Source: a virus (Duplodnaviria; Caudoviricetes). Taken from it: a stretch of DNA of 64,000 bases. Numbering within the stretch: the first letter of the stretch is position 1; the number at the start of each line of letters is the position of its first letter. The DNA is taken from positions 256,001 to 320,000 of the IMG/VR virus record IMGVR_UViG_3300027804_000001; one strand, given 5' to 3'. A program made the position numbers and the translations under genes. The notes below the pieces were generated by a model, which worked only from the letters and a program-made list of their open reading frames with translations, made no database searches and was not told the DNA's origin. This document shows, piece after piece, positions 8,855 through 19,900 of the stretch.

Positions 8855-8885
8855 AGTTAGAAATAATATAACCAAAAATTTTTGC

Positions 8886-8922
8886 AAAAAAAAATCCCCC
8901 AGAGACACCACCCTCCAGGGGA
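8886..8922 (-). terminator. Strong intrinsic terminator
   Basis: UCCCCUGGAG / CUCUGGGGGA 10-bp stem followed by U9. Confidence 0.85.
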
Positions 8923-8960
8923 ACCAACTAAACATGTATTTCTACACGTCCCGTCCTACT
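8886..8960 (-). ncRNA. Candidate ~75-nt small RNA (GAAA-tetraloop hairpin + terminator)
   Basis: ACGUGUA-GAAA-UACAUGU (8949-8932) then terminator; TATTTATTA motif immediately upstream (8962-8970); GC-rich in an AT-rich spacer. Confidence 0.5.
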
Positions 8961-8998
8961 TTAATAAATATATCCTATTCTACTTTATAAAAAAAATA

Positions 8999-9616
8999 TC
9001 AGTTGCCGGATTTTTCTGATTTAATCATATTGATGTATCCAATCACTGCGGTTGCCGCATCCGCCATATCGTAATTCTCTTTTTTAAGGTTACCAGTTTT
9101 ACCATATAACCAATTTACATCAGAACAAACGGCGTTAACATGTTCCCATATTACGTGTTTCTTATCGATATCTTTTGGATAACCACCAAACAATACGTTT
9201 CTATTTTTATCGTTCTTTCCGACTAAATCAGGAAACGCAAATTTTCTTGCATTATAAGTTGAAATGAAGGTTGGTATAATACCTAAAATATCATAACAAT
9301 TTTTCAAAATCAAAGTGTTATATCTTAATAGGGTTCCCACTGTATAAATGTTATTAGATTGTAATAATGGTTCTTCTATTATTACACGAGTAATCCCCAT
9401 ATCTTTATAACCCTCAAGATGTTTCTTGAACGCATCAGCCTTTTTTATTAATTCCTCTATTTTGTCTTCAGGCTGAGGTTTTATTTTTGGTGAGAAATGA
9501 GTTAACTCTAATAATTTGGATCCTGTTATATCAAACAGTGCCCACCCAATTGTTTTGGTTGAAATATCCAATCCCAAAATTTTTGGCTTGTTCTTAAATT
9601 TAATATCTATACTCAT
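8999..9616 (-). CDS. ruvC: RuvC-like Holliday junction resolvase
   Basis: ILGLDIS, VIIEEP, DMADA catalytic acidic motifs. Confidence 0.85.
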   Translation of the reverse strand: MSIDIKFKNKPKILGLDISTKTIGWALFDITGSKLLELTHFSPKIKPQPEDKIEELIKKADAFKKHLEGYKDMGITRVIIEEPLLQSNNIYTVGTLLRYNTLILKNCYDILGIIPTFISTYNARKFAFPDLVGKNDKNRNVLFGGYPKDIDKKHVIWEHVNAVCSDVNWLYGKTGNLKKENYDMADAATAVIGYINMIKSEKSGN

Positions 9617-9654
9617 ATCAAAATATATAAGTAATATTTTTTGATAAGTAAATA

Positions 9655-11832
9655 TTAAAAATCTAATCTAATAGAAAAAACTTGTGTACCACTTCTTTTT
9701 ACGGGAACCGCTGTTTTGGTTTTAACTAACACATCTTTATTTGAGTCCAATAAAGCAATTTCTGTAATGTATTTGTTACCTGAAGTATATGATGGGTTTT
9801 GTGTTTCAGTAAATTGTGTTGCGGGTAAGTTTACTAAGAAGTTCATTTCTTCAACATCACTTGCTCTTACTAATCTAACACTACCAGGGAATGGTTGTTC
9901 GTCACCAAATTGTGCCTCAGTTGTTGCACCTGTGGTTAACAAATAATCATTACCCATAAAACTTTCTAAATCAAATAAACTTGCACTTGTAATATCGGAT
10001 TTAGTAATTGTAAATGTGGTTCCGGTTAAATTTGCTGCGGTTAAATAAGATGTTCCGTTTCCACCTGCTTGTGTTGTATAATCAATAATCTTCCACAATT
10101 CAGGATTAGGTAAACCGTCTAAATCTTGTGTGGTTTCTTGTATTAAAACATAAAAACGTTTTGGTTTGAATTGTGTTAAGAAACCATCTGCAGTCAAATA
10201 GTTAAATGTATTACCACTAAATTTAACATTTATATTAGAAGGATATGTAACCGTTTGATATTTTGTATCACCCGTATTATTAACTGATAACTTTACATAA
10301 TAGTTACTTGGCAACGTATTAAGTGGTGATGTTGTTCCGTTTGTTTCTGACAACATGTACGTCACATAAAATGTTTGACCTGTTGTTCCTGATATGATTG
10401 AATTTGATACCACATCATTGCTTGGAACCGCGGTAACTTTCGGTGCACCTAAAGTAAATTTTCTATTACTTCTATAATCTAAAATTGCAACAAGTTCTTG
10501 GTCATCAAAAACTACAATTTTATTTTTAGGAAATACTTTACCAACTTTATTACCTGATTCATCAATCAAATATCTAAATAACAATTCATGTCTTTCACTT
10601 TTGGTTGATTTCACATAATAATCAGTTGTGTCCATATAGAAAATGGCACCATATGTTGTACCTGTGTTTCTATGATAATAAATAAATGGAATATAAACCT
10701 CAAAATATTGAGTATCACTTATCCCTTCATCATCTCTATCGTATGCTATTGAGATATCATCACCGGTTGTTCCTGTTTTATAACTGATGTAATCATCATA
10801 CTTATAAAATCTTTCAGGGTCGTTAATTAAATCACCTAATTCTGAATAATGTATTATTGCAACACATCTTTGTTCTTTTGGTGATACTTCAATTAATTCG
10901 TTAAATGAGTTTAAAAATCCTGTACCAATTTTTGTTGAACTAAAACTACCGATTGTTCCGCCTGTTAAGTTTTCGAATGTCTGTCCTGTTGATGTATACC
11001 CTAAAAATTCTTTTGTTGAAACGAATCTATTACTTGTGTATCCAGATAAACTTTCATCTAATGCTCCAACATCTGCACCAATTGGTTTTTTGTCCCATAC
11101 CGTATTCAATGTCCAAGCATTTTGTTGGTCCATTGGGTCAATCGGATTTGGTATACATGAACCGTTAACTTCGTTTGGATATTCTAATTCACAATTATTA
11201 CAAATTACTTGTATGTTTCCAGACAAAGCACTAAAATTCGGTGTCTTTCTATCTAAATTAATTGTGTTTCCTGATATACTTTCAATTCTATAAATTAAAC
11301 TACTTGAATTTCCAGTAACTGTTGGGGGGATACCACAAAATTCATCAAACACAATTGTTATAAATTCACAATTATTAAAACTGTCACCAGTTAAAACTTG
11401 TATTGAGGTTCCTCCTGTTAATGATGTTACACTAATTGATTGTGTTTCACATTGTATTGTTGTAGATTTAATACCAGGGTCCCCTGTACAATCCTCAAAT
11501 TCGTTGTACTCTGAAATGAATCCAGCAGGACCCATTACATTTCTAATTGTATCAGTTGAAGATTGTTCTATTGGTGTGCCATATGTGGTTCCACTTGTCG
11601 ACGCATCTATTTTGTATGGATATTTTATACCAGTTTCTTTATCAAATGGAGCTAATACTTTTTGATGAGTTGTCTGACCAGTTAATGATGAATAAATGGA
11701 ATTATAGTCAAATTCAGAATCTCCAATTTGAAAATACTCAATATTGAAATTACCTTTAGCAATAGAGTTTCTACCCTTTTGGGTTATTCTTGCTGATAAA
11801 AATTCCGAATTGTTACTATCTAAAAAACTCAT
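9655..11832 (-). CDS. Tail/baseplate structural protein, tail-collar-fibre-like termini
   Basis: N-terminal ITQKGR..IA.G...FQIGDSE and C-terminal ITEIALLD....LV.....P..R resemble collar-fibre proteins. Confidence 0.55.
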   Translation of the reverse strand: MSFLDSNNSEFLSARITQKGRNSIAKGNFNIEYFQIGDSEFDYNSIYSSLTGQTTHQKVLAPFDKETGIKYPYKIDASTSGTTYGTPIEQSSTDTIRNVMGPAGFISEYNEFEDCTGDPGIKSTTIQCETQSISVTSLTGGTSIQVLTGDSFNNCEFITIVFDEFCGIPPTVTGNSSSLIYRIESISGNTINLDRKTPNFSALSGNIQVICNNCELEYPNEVNGSCIPNPIDPMDQQNAWTLNTVWDKKPIGADVGALDESLSGYTSNRFVSTKEFLGYTSTGQTFENLTGGTIGSFSSTKIGTGFLNSFNELIEVSPKEQRCVAIIHYSELGDLINDPERFYKYDDYISYKTGTTGDDISIAYDRDDEGISDTQYFEVYIPFIYYHRNTGTTYGAIFYMDTTDYYVKSTKSERHELLFRYLIDESGNKVGKVFPKNKIVVFDDQELVAILDYRSNRKFTLGAPKVTAVPSNDVVSNSIISGTTGQTFYVTYMLSETNGTTSPLNTLPSNYYVKLSVNNTGDTKYQTVTYPSNINVKFSGNTFNYLTADGFLTQFKPKRFYVLIQETTQDLDGLPNPELWKIIDYTTQAGGNGTSYLTAANLTGTTFTITKSDITSASLFDLESFMGNDYLLTTGATTEAQFGDEQPFPGSVRLVRASDVEEMNFLVNLPATQFTETQNPSYTSGNKYITEIALLDSNKDVLVKTKTAVPVKRSGTQVFSIRLDF

Positions 11833-11855
11833 ATATTTTTAATAATTTAAACTGA

Positions 11856-13145
11856 TTAAGCACTACCTCCTCCTCCAGAACAATTAGTAATATATTGAAC
11901 GTCATCAACACCGCCGAAATCATTTACAAGTATTGCGTAATATGGTGGATTATTTGTATTAAATGTATTATCGGATGAAACGGCGTAATATTGATCACCT
12001 CCCTGCCATACCGTATATTCGGTATCAATATAAACCGTTGTATTTAACATATTTGAAATCGTACTAGAGGTACTATAGAATTGTGCACTTGTTACCTGAT
12101 TCTGATTACAATGACCATTACTTAAAGCCGCAGGATTAGATCGGAAAAATCCATATAAAGGTGGTGTTGGTGTTTGTGTCATCGTTGGCGTTATGGTTGG
12201 TGTTGGTGTTATTGCATTACATTGAACTACGTTATTAATATAACCTGTAGGTCCAATTGTCATTGCATATTTTGTACTGTTAGCCAATACCGCATAATAT
12301 GTTCCGTCTCCAACAAATGTTGTTACACAAAGATTTGAATCGTATGCATAATCACCATTTGCAGGTATTGTATGACCACTTAAATAAAGAGTTACACTAT
12401 TTGTTGCAATTTCAGATTCATACATTGCACAAGGTGCTGCTGTTCCACCAAATGTTGATCCGGTGTGTACTAACATTGAAATTCCTGGTGTTGGTGGCGG
12501 TGGTGGTGGAACAATTACATAATCTTCACATGTACCTGTTACTATTGTACCATCTAGTTTATTAGAACAATCACCTGTTCCTGGATCATTTGCAACATCA
12601 TTAGTATTCCAATAACTTCCCATTGTGTAATAATTTCCACCTGAAGACCAGAATATTTTTCCAACATTTGCCGCTCCACCCTCAATAGGTACGGAATAAC
12701 ATATAGTTGCATCATCACATCTTAATAACTCATACCAATATTGGAAATTTGGTGTAATTGTTGGTGTGACTGTAGGTGTTGGTGTTGGATCTCCCGGTGT
12801 TAATGTTGGTGTTATTGTAAATGTTGGTGTTATTGTAAATGTTGGTGTAATAGTTGGTGTAATAGTGTTAGTTATAGTAGGGGTTGGGGTTGCACCTCCA
12901 CCACCTGTTATAGTGATACATTGAGTTGTTCCTGCACAACTTCCACCATCAACCTTAACAAATAATGAAACAACATTATCAGGAATTCCTGTTATTACTT
13001 TTGGAAATCCGGATACTGCTTGTGAGGTTACTAAACTTGAGCAACCACTACCACAAGACGCACCCGTACAACCAGATATTGATACGGTTTGACCTGTTAT
13101 ATCTGAACCAACTGTTCCTAAATCTACTGTAGCGTTAAATGCCAT
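11856..13145 (-). CDS. Modular fibre/adhesin protein with Thr-Pro linkers
   Basis: Cys-rich N domain, two TPT tracts, poly-Pro, two similar Y.D...T...G...YY modules. Confidence 0.7.
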   Translation of the reverse strand: MAFNATVDLGTVGSDITGQTVSISGCTGASCGSGCSSLVTSQAVSGFPKVITGIPDNVVSLFVKVDGGSCAGTTQCITITGGGGATPTPTITNTITPTITPTFTITPTFTITPTLTPGDPTPTPTVTPTITPNFQYWYELLRCDDATICYSVPIEGGAANVGKIFWSSGGNYYTMGSYWNTNDVANDPGTGDCSNKLDGTIVTGTCEDYVIVPPPPPPTPGISMLVHTGSTFGGTAAPCAMYESEIATNSVTLYLSGHTIPANGDYAYDSNLCVTTFVGDGTYYAVLANSTKYAMTIGPTGYINNVVQCNAITPTPTITPTMTQTPTPPLYGFFRSNPAALSNGHCNQNQVTSAQFYSTSSTISNMLNTTVYIDTEYTVWQGGDQYYAVSSDNTFNTNNPPYYAILVNDFGGVDDVQYITNCSGGGGSA

Positions 13146-13149
13146 ATTC

Positions 13150-13157
13150 TATAAATA
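13150..13157 (-). promoter_or_regulatory. TATTTATA motif
   Basis: 4 nt upstream of ATG 13145. Confidence 0.5.
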
Positions 13158-13175
13158 TTAATTCTTTTATTTTTA

Positions 13176-14078
13176 TTATACAGAACACATTAATAATGGT
13201 GATAATGGTACTTGAGAGTGTAATGCAACACTAGCTTCTGTTGGAGTTGGGTCCATTAGATATAATTCTTCTGAATTATAGTTAAATCCATTATCTATAA
13301 TTGGGCTTGTATAAATTTCACCTATTACAGATATTCCACAAATTCTAAATTGAAGTGTGTTTCCACTACCTCCTGTCCATCTACCTTTTATCGTGTAAGG
13401 ACAATTTGATACTAATATATCGATATATCCAGATTTTGCAGTTGAAGTTGTTAGTTCATCTAACAAATCACCCTCAACGCCTCCGTTACTTGTTACTAAC
13501 AATTGACCACCTGTTTTATTATTTGTTGACCAATATAATCTTACTGTTGGTTCTCCAGTTGGTGTTATGGTTGGAGTATATGTTGGTGTTATTGTAAATG
13601 TTGGAGTAATAGTTGGGGTTGGTGTTGGAGTCGTGTTAGTTTGTACCGCAGAACCACCACTAAAATTACAAATAGGTGTATGAGTTGGTGTAATCGTTGG
13701 TGTTGGTGTAAGATTTGAAATAGCAGAACCACCACTAAAATTACAAATAGGTGTGTAAGTTGGAGTAACTGTTGGAGTTGGGGTAAAACATTTGGTATAG
13801 AAATCTAATTCATGTATATAAATGTTTTCAATAATATAACTATTGGTTACCGTGTCCAATATTTTAAACCAATATTGTTTTCCGTATGGGTTTGGGTCTA
13901 CTTCTACATCAAAATCAATTGTGATTGAGGATGTTCCACCAGCAAAAACACTACCATATTGGGCACCCCAAGTTGGATTTTCTTGTTCAGATACCGAACC
14001 CGGTGTTCTACCGTTTTGATAGAATAATTTAAAATTATTTGGTGAAACTATATTTTTTATCTCAATTACTAGACCCAT
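13176..14078 (-). CDS. Modular fibre/adhesin protein with Thr-Pro stalk
   Basis: TPT tract with two PICNFSGGSA nodes between N and C domains. Confidence 0.7.
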   Translation of the reverse strand: MGLVIEIKNIVSPNNFKLFYQNGRTPGSVSEQENPTWGAQYGSVFAGGTSSITIDFDVEVDPNPYGKQYWFKILDTVTNSYIIENIYIHELDFYTKCFTPTPTVTPTYTPICNFSGGSAISNLTPTPTITPTHTPICNFSGGSAVQTNTTPTPTPTITPTFTITPTYTPTITPTGEPTVRLYWSTNNKTGGQLLVTSNGGVEGDLLDELTTSTAKSGYIDILVSNCPYTIKGRWTGGSGNTLQFRICGISVIGEIYTSPIIDNGFNYNSEELYLMDPTPTEASVALHSQVPLSPLLMCSV

Positions 14079-14116
14079 ACCTATATAAATACCAATAATA
14101 AAAATTTAAATAAAAA

Positions 14117-14136
14117 ACCCCTTTAAATAAAGGGGT
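14117..14136 (-). terminator. Intrinsic terminator
   Basis: ACCCCTTT-ATTT-AAAGGGGT stem followed by a T tract on the minus strand. Confidence 0.75.
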
Positions 14137-14164
14137 CTTTTAATAATTAAAAAATCTTTATTTG

Positions 14165-14704
14165 TTATGGAGCAAAACCACTATTAATTGTGATTGCTAC
14201 AGTATCAGGTGAAGTACTACCAATTGTTGTTGTATAAGTTGTTGCACTTCCAGATGAATTTGGACAAGTAGTTGTATTATCGGCGCCATTCATAACATAA
14301 CTTTGTGCTGTTGAGAAGGTTACTGTGTCCCCCTCCGTTAATCCTGTAATTGCACCTAAATCGGAACATATATTTTCATTAGTATTGTAGAAGTTGAAAT
14401 TTCCACCACCATTTATATTGTATATAAGCATTATTGAACCACCGTTAACATCTTTAGCAAAAACACTCAAGGCTATTGTTGGTTTAGTCCAAGGTTGTGA
14501 GGTGGTACATGTTCCTATACTTGCTACCGTCCCACCTGTTATGTTACTATTTGGAATTGTTACTTCATAACCCGCTTCTAATGTTGCTTTTGCAACACCA
14601 GATTCAATTAATGTTGTAATACCTCCGCTAGTTGTTCCCGAGATGTCAAAAGGTCCGGTATCTGATCCGGCCCCTGAAACTGTGAAAATTACGTTATATG
14701 CCAT
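14165..14704 (-). CDS. Short two-domain adhesin-like protein (no stalk)
   Basis: C domain is clearly paralogous to the C domain of 14769-16925. Confidence 0.7.
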   Translation of the reverse strand: MAYNVIFTVSGAGSDTGPFDISGTTSGGITTLIESGVAKATLEAGYEVTIPNSNITGGTVASIGTCTTSQPWTKPTIALSVFAKDVNGGSIMLIYNINGGGNFNFYNTNENICSDLGAITGLTEGDTVTFSTAQSYVMNGADNTTTCPNSSGSATTYTTTIGSTSPDTVAITINSGFAP

Positions 14705-14768
14705 TGTTTTTTATTTTTATCTTTTTATATAAATATATCATTATTCAAAACAAATCTGTAGTTTATTT

Positions 14769-16925
14769 TTATGGTATGGCACCCGTGTCAATTCCTAAAT
14801 AGACATAATCATTACCAGAACTTATTCCTATGGTATGTACATAATTAACATTTCCACTAGGTGCGGTACAATTAGAACTAGAACCCGTCATTGAATACCC
14901 AATGTTGGTACCGAATGTAACTTGGTCGGACTGACTTAAACCTGTTATTTGTCCATAATAATCACAATTTCCATTTAATGGTCCATTATAAAAAGTATTA
15001 TATGAACCACCATTTATTTGATAGGTTATTTCAATTGAGTTGTATGAATTATCATAATCCTGTGCATTTACATAAAGTGTAACATAATTTGCAACACTTA
15101 CTATTTCTGTTACACCACTATTTGTAACACAACCATTCGCATCTGTTACCTCAACACAATATCCACCCGCACATAGAGTACCTACTGATTGTGTTGCTGT
15201 TGATTCAGTTACTCCTGTTATTGTTGTCACCAACGTGCCTCCACATGTTGTATATGGTGCTGTTGAGTCGAGATATAATTTATAAGTTTTTGGCCATACA
15301 CCACCAGTTGAACTCATATCAAGAGTACCATTACAACCACCTGTATCATTTGCTGTAATCGTAATTGAAGCTGATTGTGCACTTGGTTGAGTTATTGTAA
15401 CAGAAATTCCTTTTACTGCACCATTACTAGCTTTAACATTAAGGGTATAACCTGTTGCAATTAAACTACTAAATGTCTTAGGTAATGCAAAATAATTTAC
15501 ACCATCCAACGATACCGTATAAGCTCCACCTGAACCACCTGATGCACTATTAACTGTTAATGAACCGTCTGAACCACCATTACATGATACATTTGTTTGT
15601 GTATAACTAGCACTAATCTCAGTATAAGTTGGTGTCACCGTTGGTGTGAACGTCGGTGTTATTGTAAACGTCGGCGTTATTGTTGGTGTAATTGTATAAG
15701 TAGGTGTTATAGTTGGTGTAAACGTAGGCGTTATTGTTGGTGTAATAGTAAACGTAGGTGTAATAGTTGGTGTAATAGTTCTAGTTGGTGTAATGGTAAA
15801 TGTTGGCGTTATTGTAAACGTCGGTGTTATTGTAAACGTAGGTGTTATAGTTGGTGTAATTGTTTTAGTTGGAGTAATAGTTGGGGTAGGAGTTGGTGCA
15901 ACATAAGTTGTACTTACTGTGAAGTTACAAGCCGGTGTTGGTGTTGGTGTAATAGTAAATGTTGGTGTAATTGTTGGTGTAACAGTTCTAGTTGGTGTTA
16001 ATGTAAACGTTGGTGTAATTGTATAAGTCGGAGTTATAGTTGGTGTAATAGTTGGTGTAAATGTAGGTGTGATAGTTGGTGTTATAGTTTGACTTACTGT
16101 TTGAGTAGGTGTAATAGTATAAGTTGGTGTAATAGTATAAGTTGGTGTAATAGTCTGACTTACAGTTTGTGTAGGTGTAATAGTATAAGTTGGTGTAATA
16201 GTTGGAGTAGGTGTAGGTGCCACATAAGCAGTGCTCACTGTGAAATCACAATCCGGAGTTAACGTTGGTGTAACTGTATAAGTTGGAGTAATAGTTGGTG
16301 TTATAGTATAAGTTGGTGTAATAGTAAATGTCGGTGTGATAGTAAACGTTGGGGTTACTGTTACTGTTGGAGTGATTGTAAGTGTAGGTGTAATAGTTGG
16401 TGATAACGTTTGTGTTGGTGTAATAGTATAAGTTGGTGTTATGGTATATGTAGGAGTAACTGTCGGTGTAGGTGTTGGTGCAACATAAGTTGCATTAACA
16501 ACAAAGTCACAAGCCGGAGTTAACGTTGGTGTTATTGTATATGTTGGTGTTAAAGTTTGTGTGAACGTCGGTGTTATTGTAAACGTCGGCGTTATTGTAT
16601 AAGTCGGTGTTATTGTTGTTGTAGGTGTAATTGTGTATGTTGGTGTAACTGTTAACGTTGGTGTTAAAGTTGGTGTTGGGGTTGGTGCGTAGAATGTCTC
16701 ATTAGTAAAACATGATTCATTGTAAAGAATCACATTTACTGTACTATCAGGTACATAAACATCAACACCCGGATTTGTTGTTAAGTCGTTATAAGTAATT
16801 CCTGTTGCATTATCATTTGTACTAACTCTTGTGGCATAATTAGATGGATTTACATCATCATAGTAAACCGAATATGGTCCTGGTGATGTTCCTCCTGTTA
16901 TTAATATGTGAAAATATCTTGCCAT
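14769..16925 (-). CDS. Long fibre/adhesin: N domain, ~355-aa Thr-Pro stalk, SprB-like repeats, head domain
   Basis: (TxTxTP)n; [14 protein letters not shown]...YTVSLDG...ITQP and VEVTDANGC SprB-type signatures. Confidence 0.8.
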   Translation of the reverse strand: MARYFHILITGGTSPGPYSVYYDDVNPSNYATRVSTNDNATGITYNDLTTNPGVDVYVPDSTVNVILYNESCFTNETFYAPTPTPTLTPTLTVTPTYTITPTTTITPTYTITPTFTITPTFTQTLTPTYTITPTLTPACDFVVNATYVAPTPTPTVTPTYTITPTYTITPTQTLSPTITPTLTITPTVTVTPTFTITPTFTITPTYTITPTITPTYTVTPTLTPDCDFTVSTAYVAPTPTPTITPTYTITPTQTVSQTITPTYTITPTYTITPTQTVSQTITPTITPTFTPTITPTITPTYTITPTFTLTPTRTVTPTITPTFTITPTPTPACNFTVSTTYVAPTPTPTITPTKTITPTITPTFTITPTFTITPTFTITPTRTITPTITPTFTITPTITPTFTPTITPTYTITPTITPTFTITPTFTPTVTPTYTEISASYTQTNVSCNGGSDGSLTVNSASGGSGGAYTVSLDGVNYFALPKTFSSLIATGYTLNVKASNGAVKGISVTITQPSAQSASITITANDTGGCNGTLDMSSTGGVWPKTYKLYLDSTAPYTTCGGTLVTTITGVTESTATQSVGTLCAGGYCVEVTDANGCVTNSGVTEIVSVANYVTLYVNAQDYDNSYNSIEITYQINGGSYNTFYNGPLNGNCDYYGQITGLSQSDQVTFGTNIGYSMTGSSSNCTAPSGNVNYVHTIGISSGNDYVYLGIDTGAIP
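15621..16685 (-). repeat. Coding Thr/Pro tandem repeat ([16 protein letters not shown]) with 3 Cys nodes
   Basis: 12/18-nt degenerate tandem units in frame. Confidence 0.95.
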
Positions 16926-16937
16926 TTATATTAATTA

Positions 16938-19900
16938 TTATACCGTATTAAAACCTAATTCAACTTGATAGTAAGAATTCACATGATATAACGCATCATT
17001 TGTTGTAAACTCAATTCTCAATGTATGTACAGAGTTCGCCGCTAATAAGTATGGTGACGGTACTGTAAATGTTTTTATCACAGGTCCCATTGCACATCCC
17101 TGATTTAAATCTTGTGATGTTGCTCTGGCGATTTCTGTTCCATTTAATTTAAATTTAATGTTCTCAAAATTAGTATCTTGTAACTCCGCAAGACCACTAA
17201 AGTCTAAAGACATATTCGTATTTTGTGGTCCAACTGTTATAGTTGCTTCCGCCCAACCAATTTGTGTTTGATTACAAGTTCCATTAGGACAATTTGACGA
17301 ATTCGAAACATTAAATCTAACTGTTTGATTCAAGTTTGAAATTGCCCATCCAGCATTAATTCTATTTTGTGCTGAAACTGTTGGGTCAACATATAAACAT
17401 TGTGAAAAACCTGTAACATTAGTATATGTCGTCCATGTTAATCCTGAAACAGGTAGTGGTGTTGGTGTTATTGTCATTGTTGGTGTAATAGTTGGTGTTG
17501 TTGTAACTGAAGGTACATACTCACTAAATGATGCCGCAAATGAACAATCAATTGTTGGAGTAATTGTTAATGTCGGTGTAATAGTTGGTGATACTGTTAC
17601 TGTTGGTGTAATAGTAAATGTTGGTGTTATTGTAAACGTTGGTGTAATTGTAGGAGTAGGAGTAGGTGCTACGTATGTCGTACTAACCGTGAAATCACAA
17701 GCCGGAGTTAATGTTGGAGTAATTGTATAAGTTGGGGTAATAGTTGGTGAAACTGTTACTGTTGGCGTAATAGTATATGTTGGAGTAATTGTTAATGTCG
17801 GTGTGATTGTTAAAGTTGGTGTAATCGTCTGACTTACAGTTTGTGTAGGTGTAATAGTAAATGTTGGTGTAATTGTATAGGTTGGTGTAATAGTCGGTGT
17901 AATTGTATAAGTCGGAGTTATTGTATACGTTGGAGTTACGGTTGGTGTTGGGGTTGGTGCAACATAGGTTGTATCAACATTGAAATCACACGCTGGTGTC
18001 AATGTAGGTGTAATTGTATAAGTTGGTGTAATAGTTGGTGTAACCGTTAATGTTGGTGTAATTGTTTGAGTTGGTGTAATAGTAAATGTTGGCGTTATTG
18101 TTAACGTCGGAGTAATAGTTGGTGATAATGTTTGTGTAGGTGTTATTGTATACGTTGGAGTAATTGTATAAGTCGGAGTTATAGTTGGTGTAATAGTAAA
18201 CGTAGGTGTAATAGTATAAGTTGGAGTAACTGTCGGTGTAGGTGTTGGTGCTACATATGTAGTAGTAACCGTAAATTCACAAGCCGGTGTTAGAGTTGGT
18301 GTAACTGTAAATGTTGGGGTTATAGTTGGTGTAACAGTTAATGTAGGTGTAATTGTATAAGTTGGGGTAATAGTTGGTGTTGGTGTTATGGGTAAAATAA
18401 CAACATTAACACAATCACATTGTGGTGTAACTGAATTTACAGTAAATCCGCTAACACATTCACCAGGTAATAAACCCGCACCTATATTAAATCCGTGTGT
18501 ATGGTCGTTGTATGCAATTGTTTCTGTTCCATTAAATACGGTACCCAAGTCACCATACGCAGTACCCGAAACAATATAATCACAAATTGCATTTGCATTA
18601 TCTGTTAAATCAGGATTATTGAATAATTGGATGTCAAAGTTTGAACATCCTAATAATCTAACTCTTAAGTATTGTGTTACAAATGGATCACATGTTTGTG
18701 TTGGTGTGATTGTATAAGTTGGGGTTACTGTAAACGTTGGTGTAACGGTTTGTGTTGGTGTAATTGTATATGTTGGAGTTACAGTTGGAGTAGGAGTTGG
18801 TGCAACATAGGTTGTGTCAACATTAAAATCACAAGCCGGTGTAAAAGTTGGTGTAATAGTCGGCGTAATTGTGAATGTTGGCGTTATAGTATAAGTTGGT
18901 GTTATAGTATAAGTTGGTGTTATAGTTGGTGTAATAGTATAAGTTGGTGTTATAGTATAAGTTGGAGTTACTGTTTCTGTTGGTGTAATAGTAAACGTTG
19001 GCGTTATTGTTAACGTCGGAGTAATAGTGGGAGTTATACTTTGAGTTGGGGTAGGTGTAGGTGCAACATAAGTTGTACTAACTATAAATTGACAATCTGG
19101 TGTCAATGTTGGTGTGATAGTATAAGTTGGTGTTATAGTTGGTGTAAATGTTGGTGTTATTGTAAATGTAGGTGTAACAGTTTGTGTTGGTGTTATTGTT
19201 AACGTCGGAGTTAAAGTTGGGGTAATTGTATGAGTAGGTGTGACTGTTGGGGTAGGTGTTGGTGCAACATAAGTTGCATTAACAACAAAGTCACAAGCCG
19301 GAGTTAACGTTGGTGTTATTGTATATGTTGGTGTTAAAGTTTGTGTTATAGTAGGTGTTATTGTATAAGTTGGTGTAATAGTAAATGTTGGAGTAATGGT
19401 AAATGTAGGTGTTACTGTTGGTGTTGGTGTGGCCGCAACATAAGTTGTATCAACAATAAACTCACAATCAGGAGTTAACGTAGGTGTTATTGTATATGTT
19501 GGTGTTAAAGTTTGTGTGTAAGTTGGTGTAATTGTTGGTGTAACAGTGAATGTTGGTGTGATAGTTGGTGTAATAGTAAACGTAGGTGTTGGAGTTGGTG
19601 TCGGTGTCTCAGGACAATAAATTAATTTCCAACAATTTCCATCACATGGTGCGTATTCATATCCACTTGGGCAAGTATAACCAGATGAAAGATAATTACC
19701 ATTTATATCTTTAATAACAGGAATTGTTTGACCAATAAAATCTGAAGATGAGAATATTACATTTAAATCATTTATTGATGTTGCACCAGTTAATTGAGGT
19801 AATGTGTTATCATAAATTTCACAACCAAATGACGCAGGGTTTGTTTGATTACCTGTTAAATTATATCCATATAAACCAATAATGTGATCACCTGCCGTTA

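Noticed and set aside
8855-8935. 27-aa N-terminal extension of primase in the ORF track
   Set aside because: It runs through the terminator hairpin and U tract; ATG 8854 is the more plausible start
15597-19013. Plus-strand Cys/Trp-rich ORFs (15597-16001, 17841-18050, 18672-19013)
   Set aside because: Antisense shadows of the Thr/Pro codon repeats; no independent signals
16468-19346. Diversity-generating retroelement TR/VR pair
   Set aside because: The copies are identical rather than differing at adenines, and no reverse transcriptase is in the window
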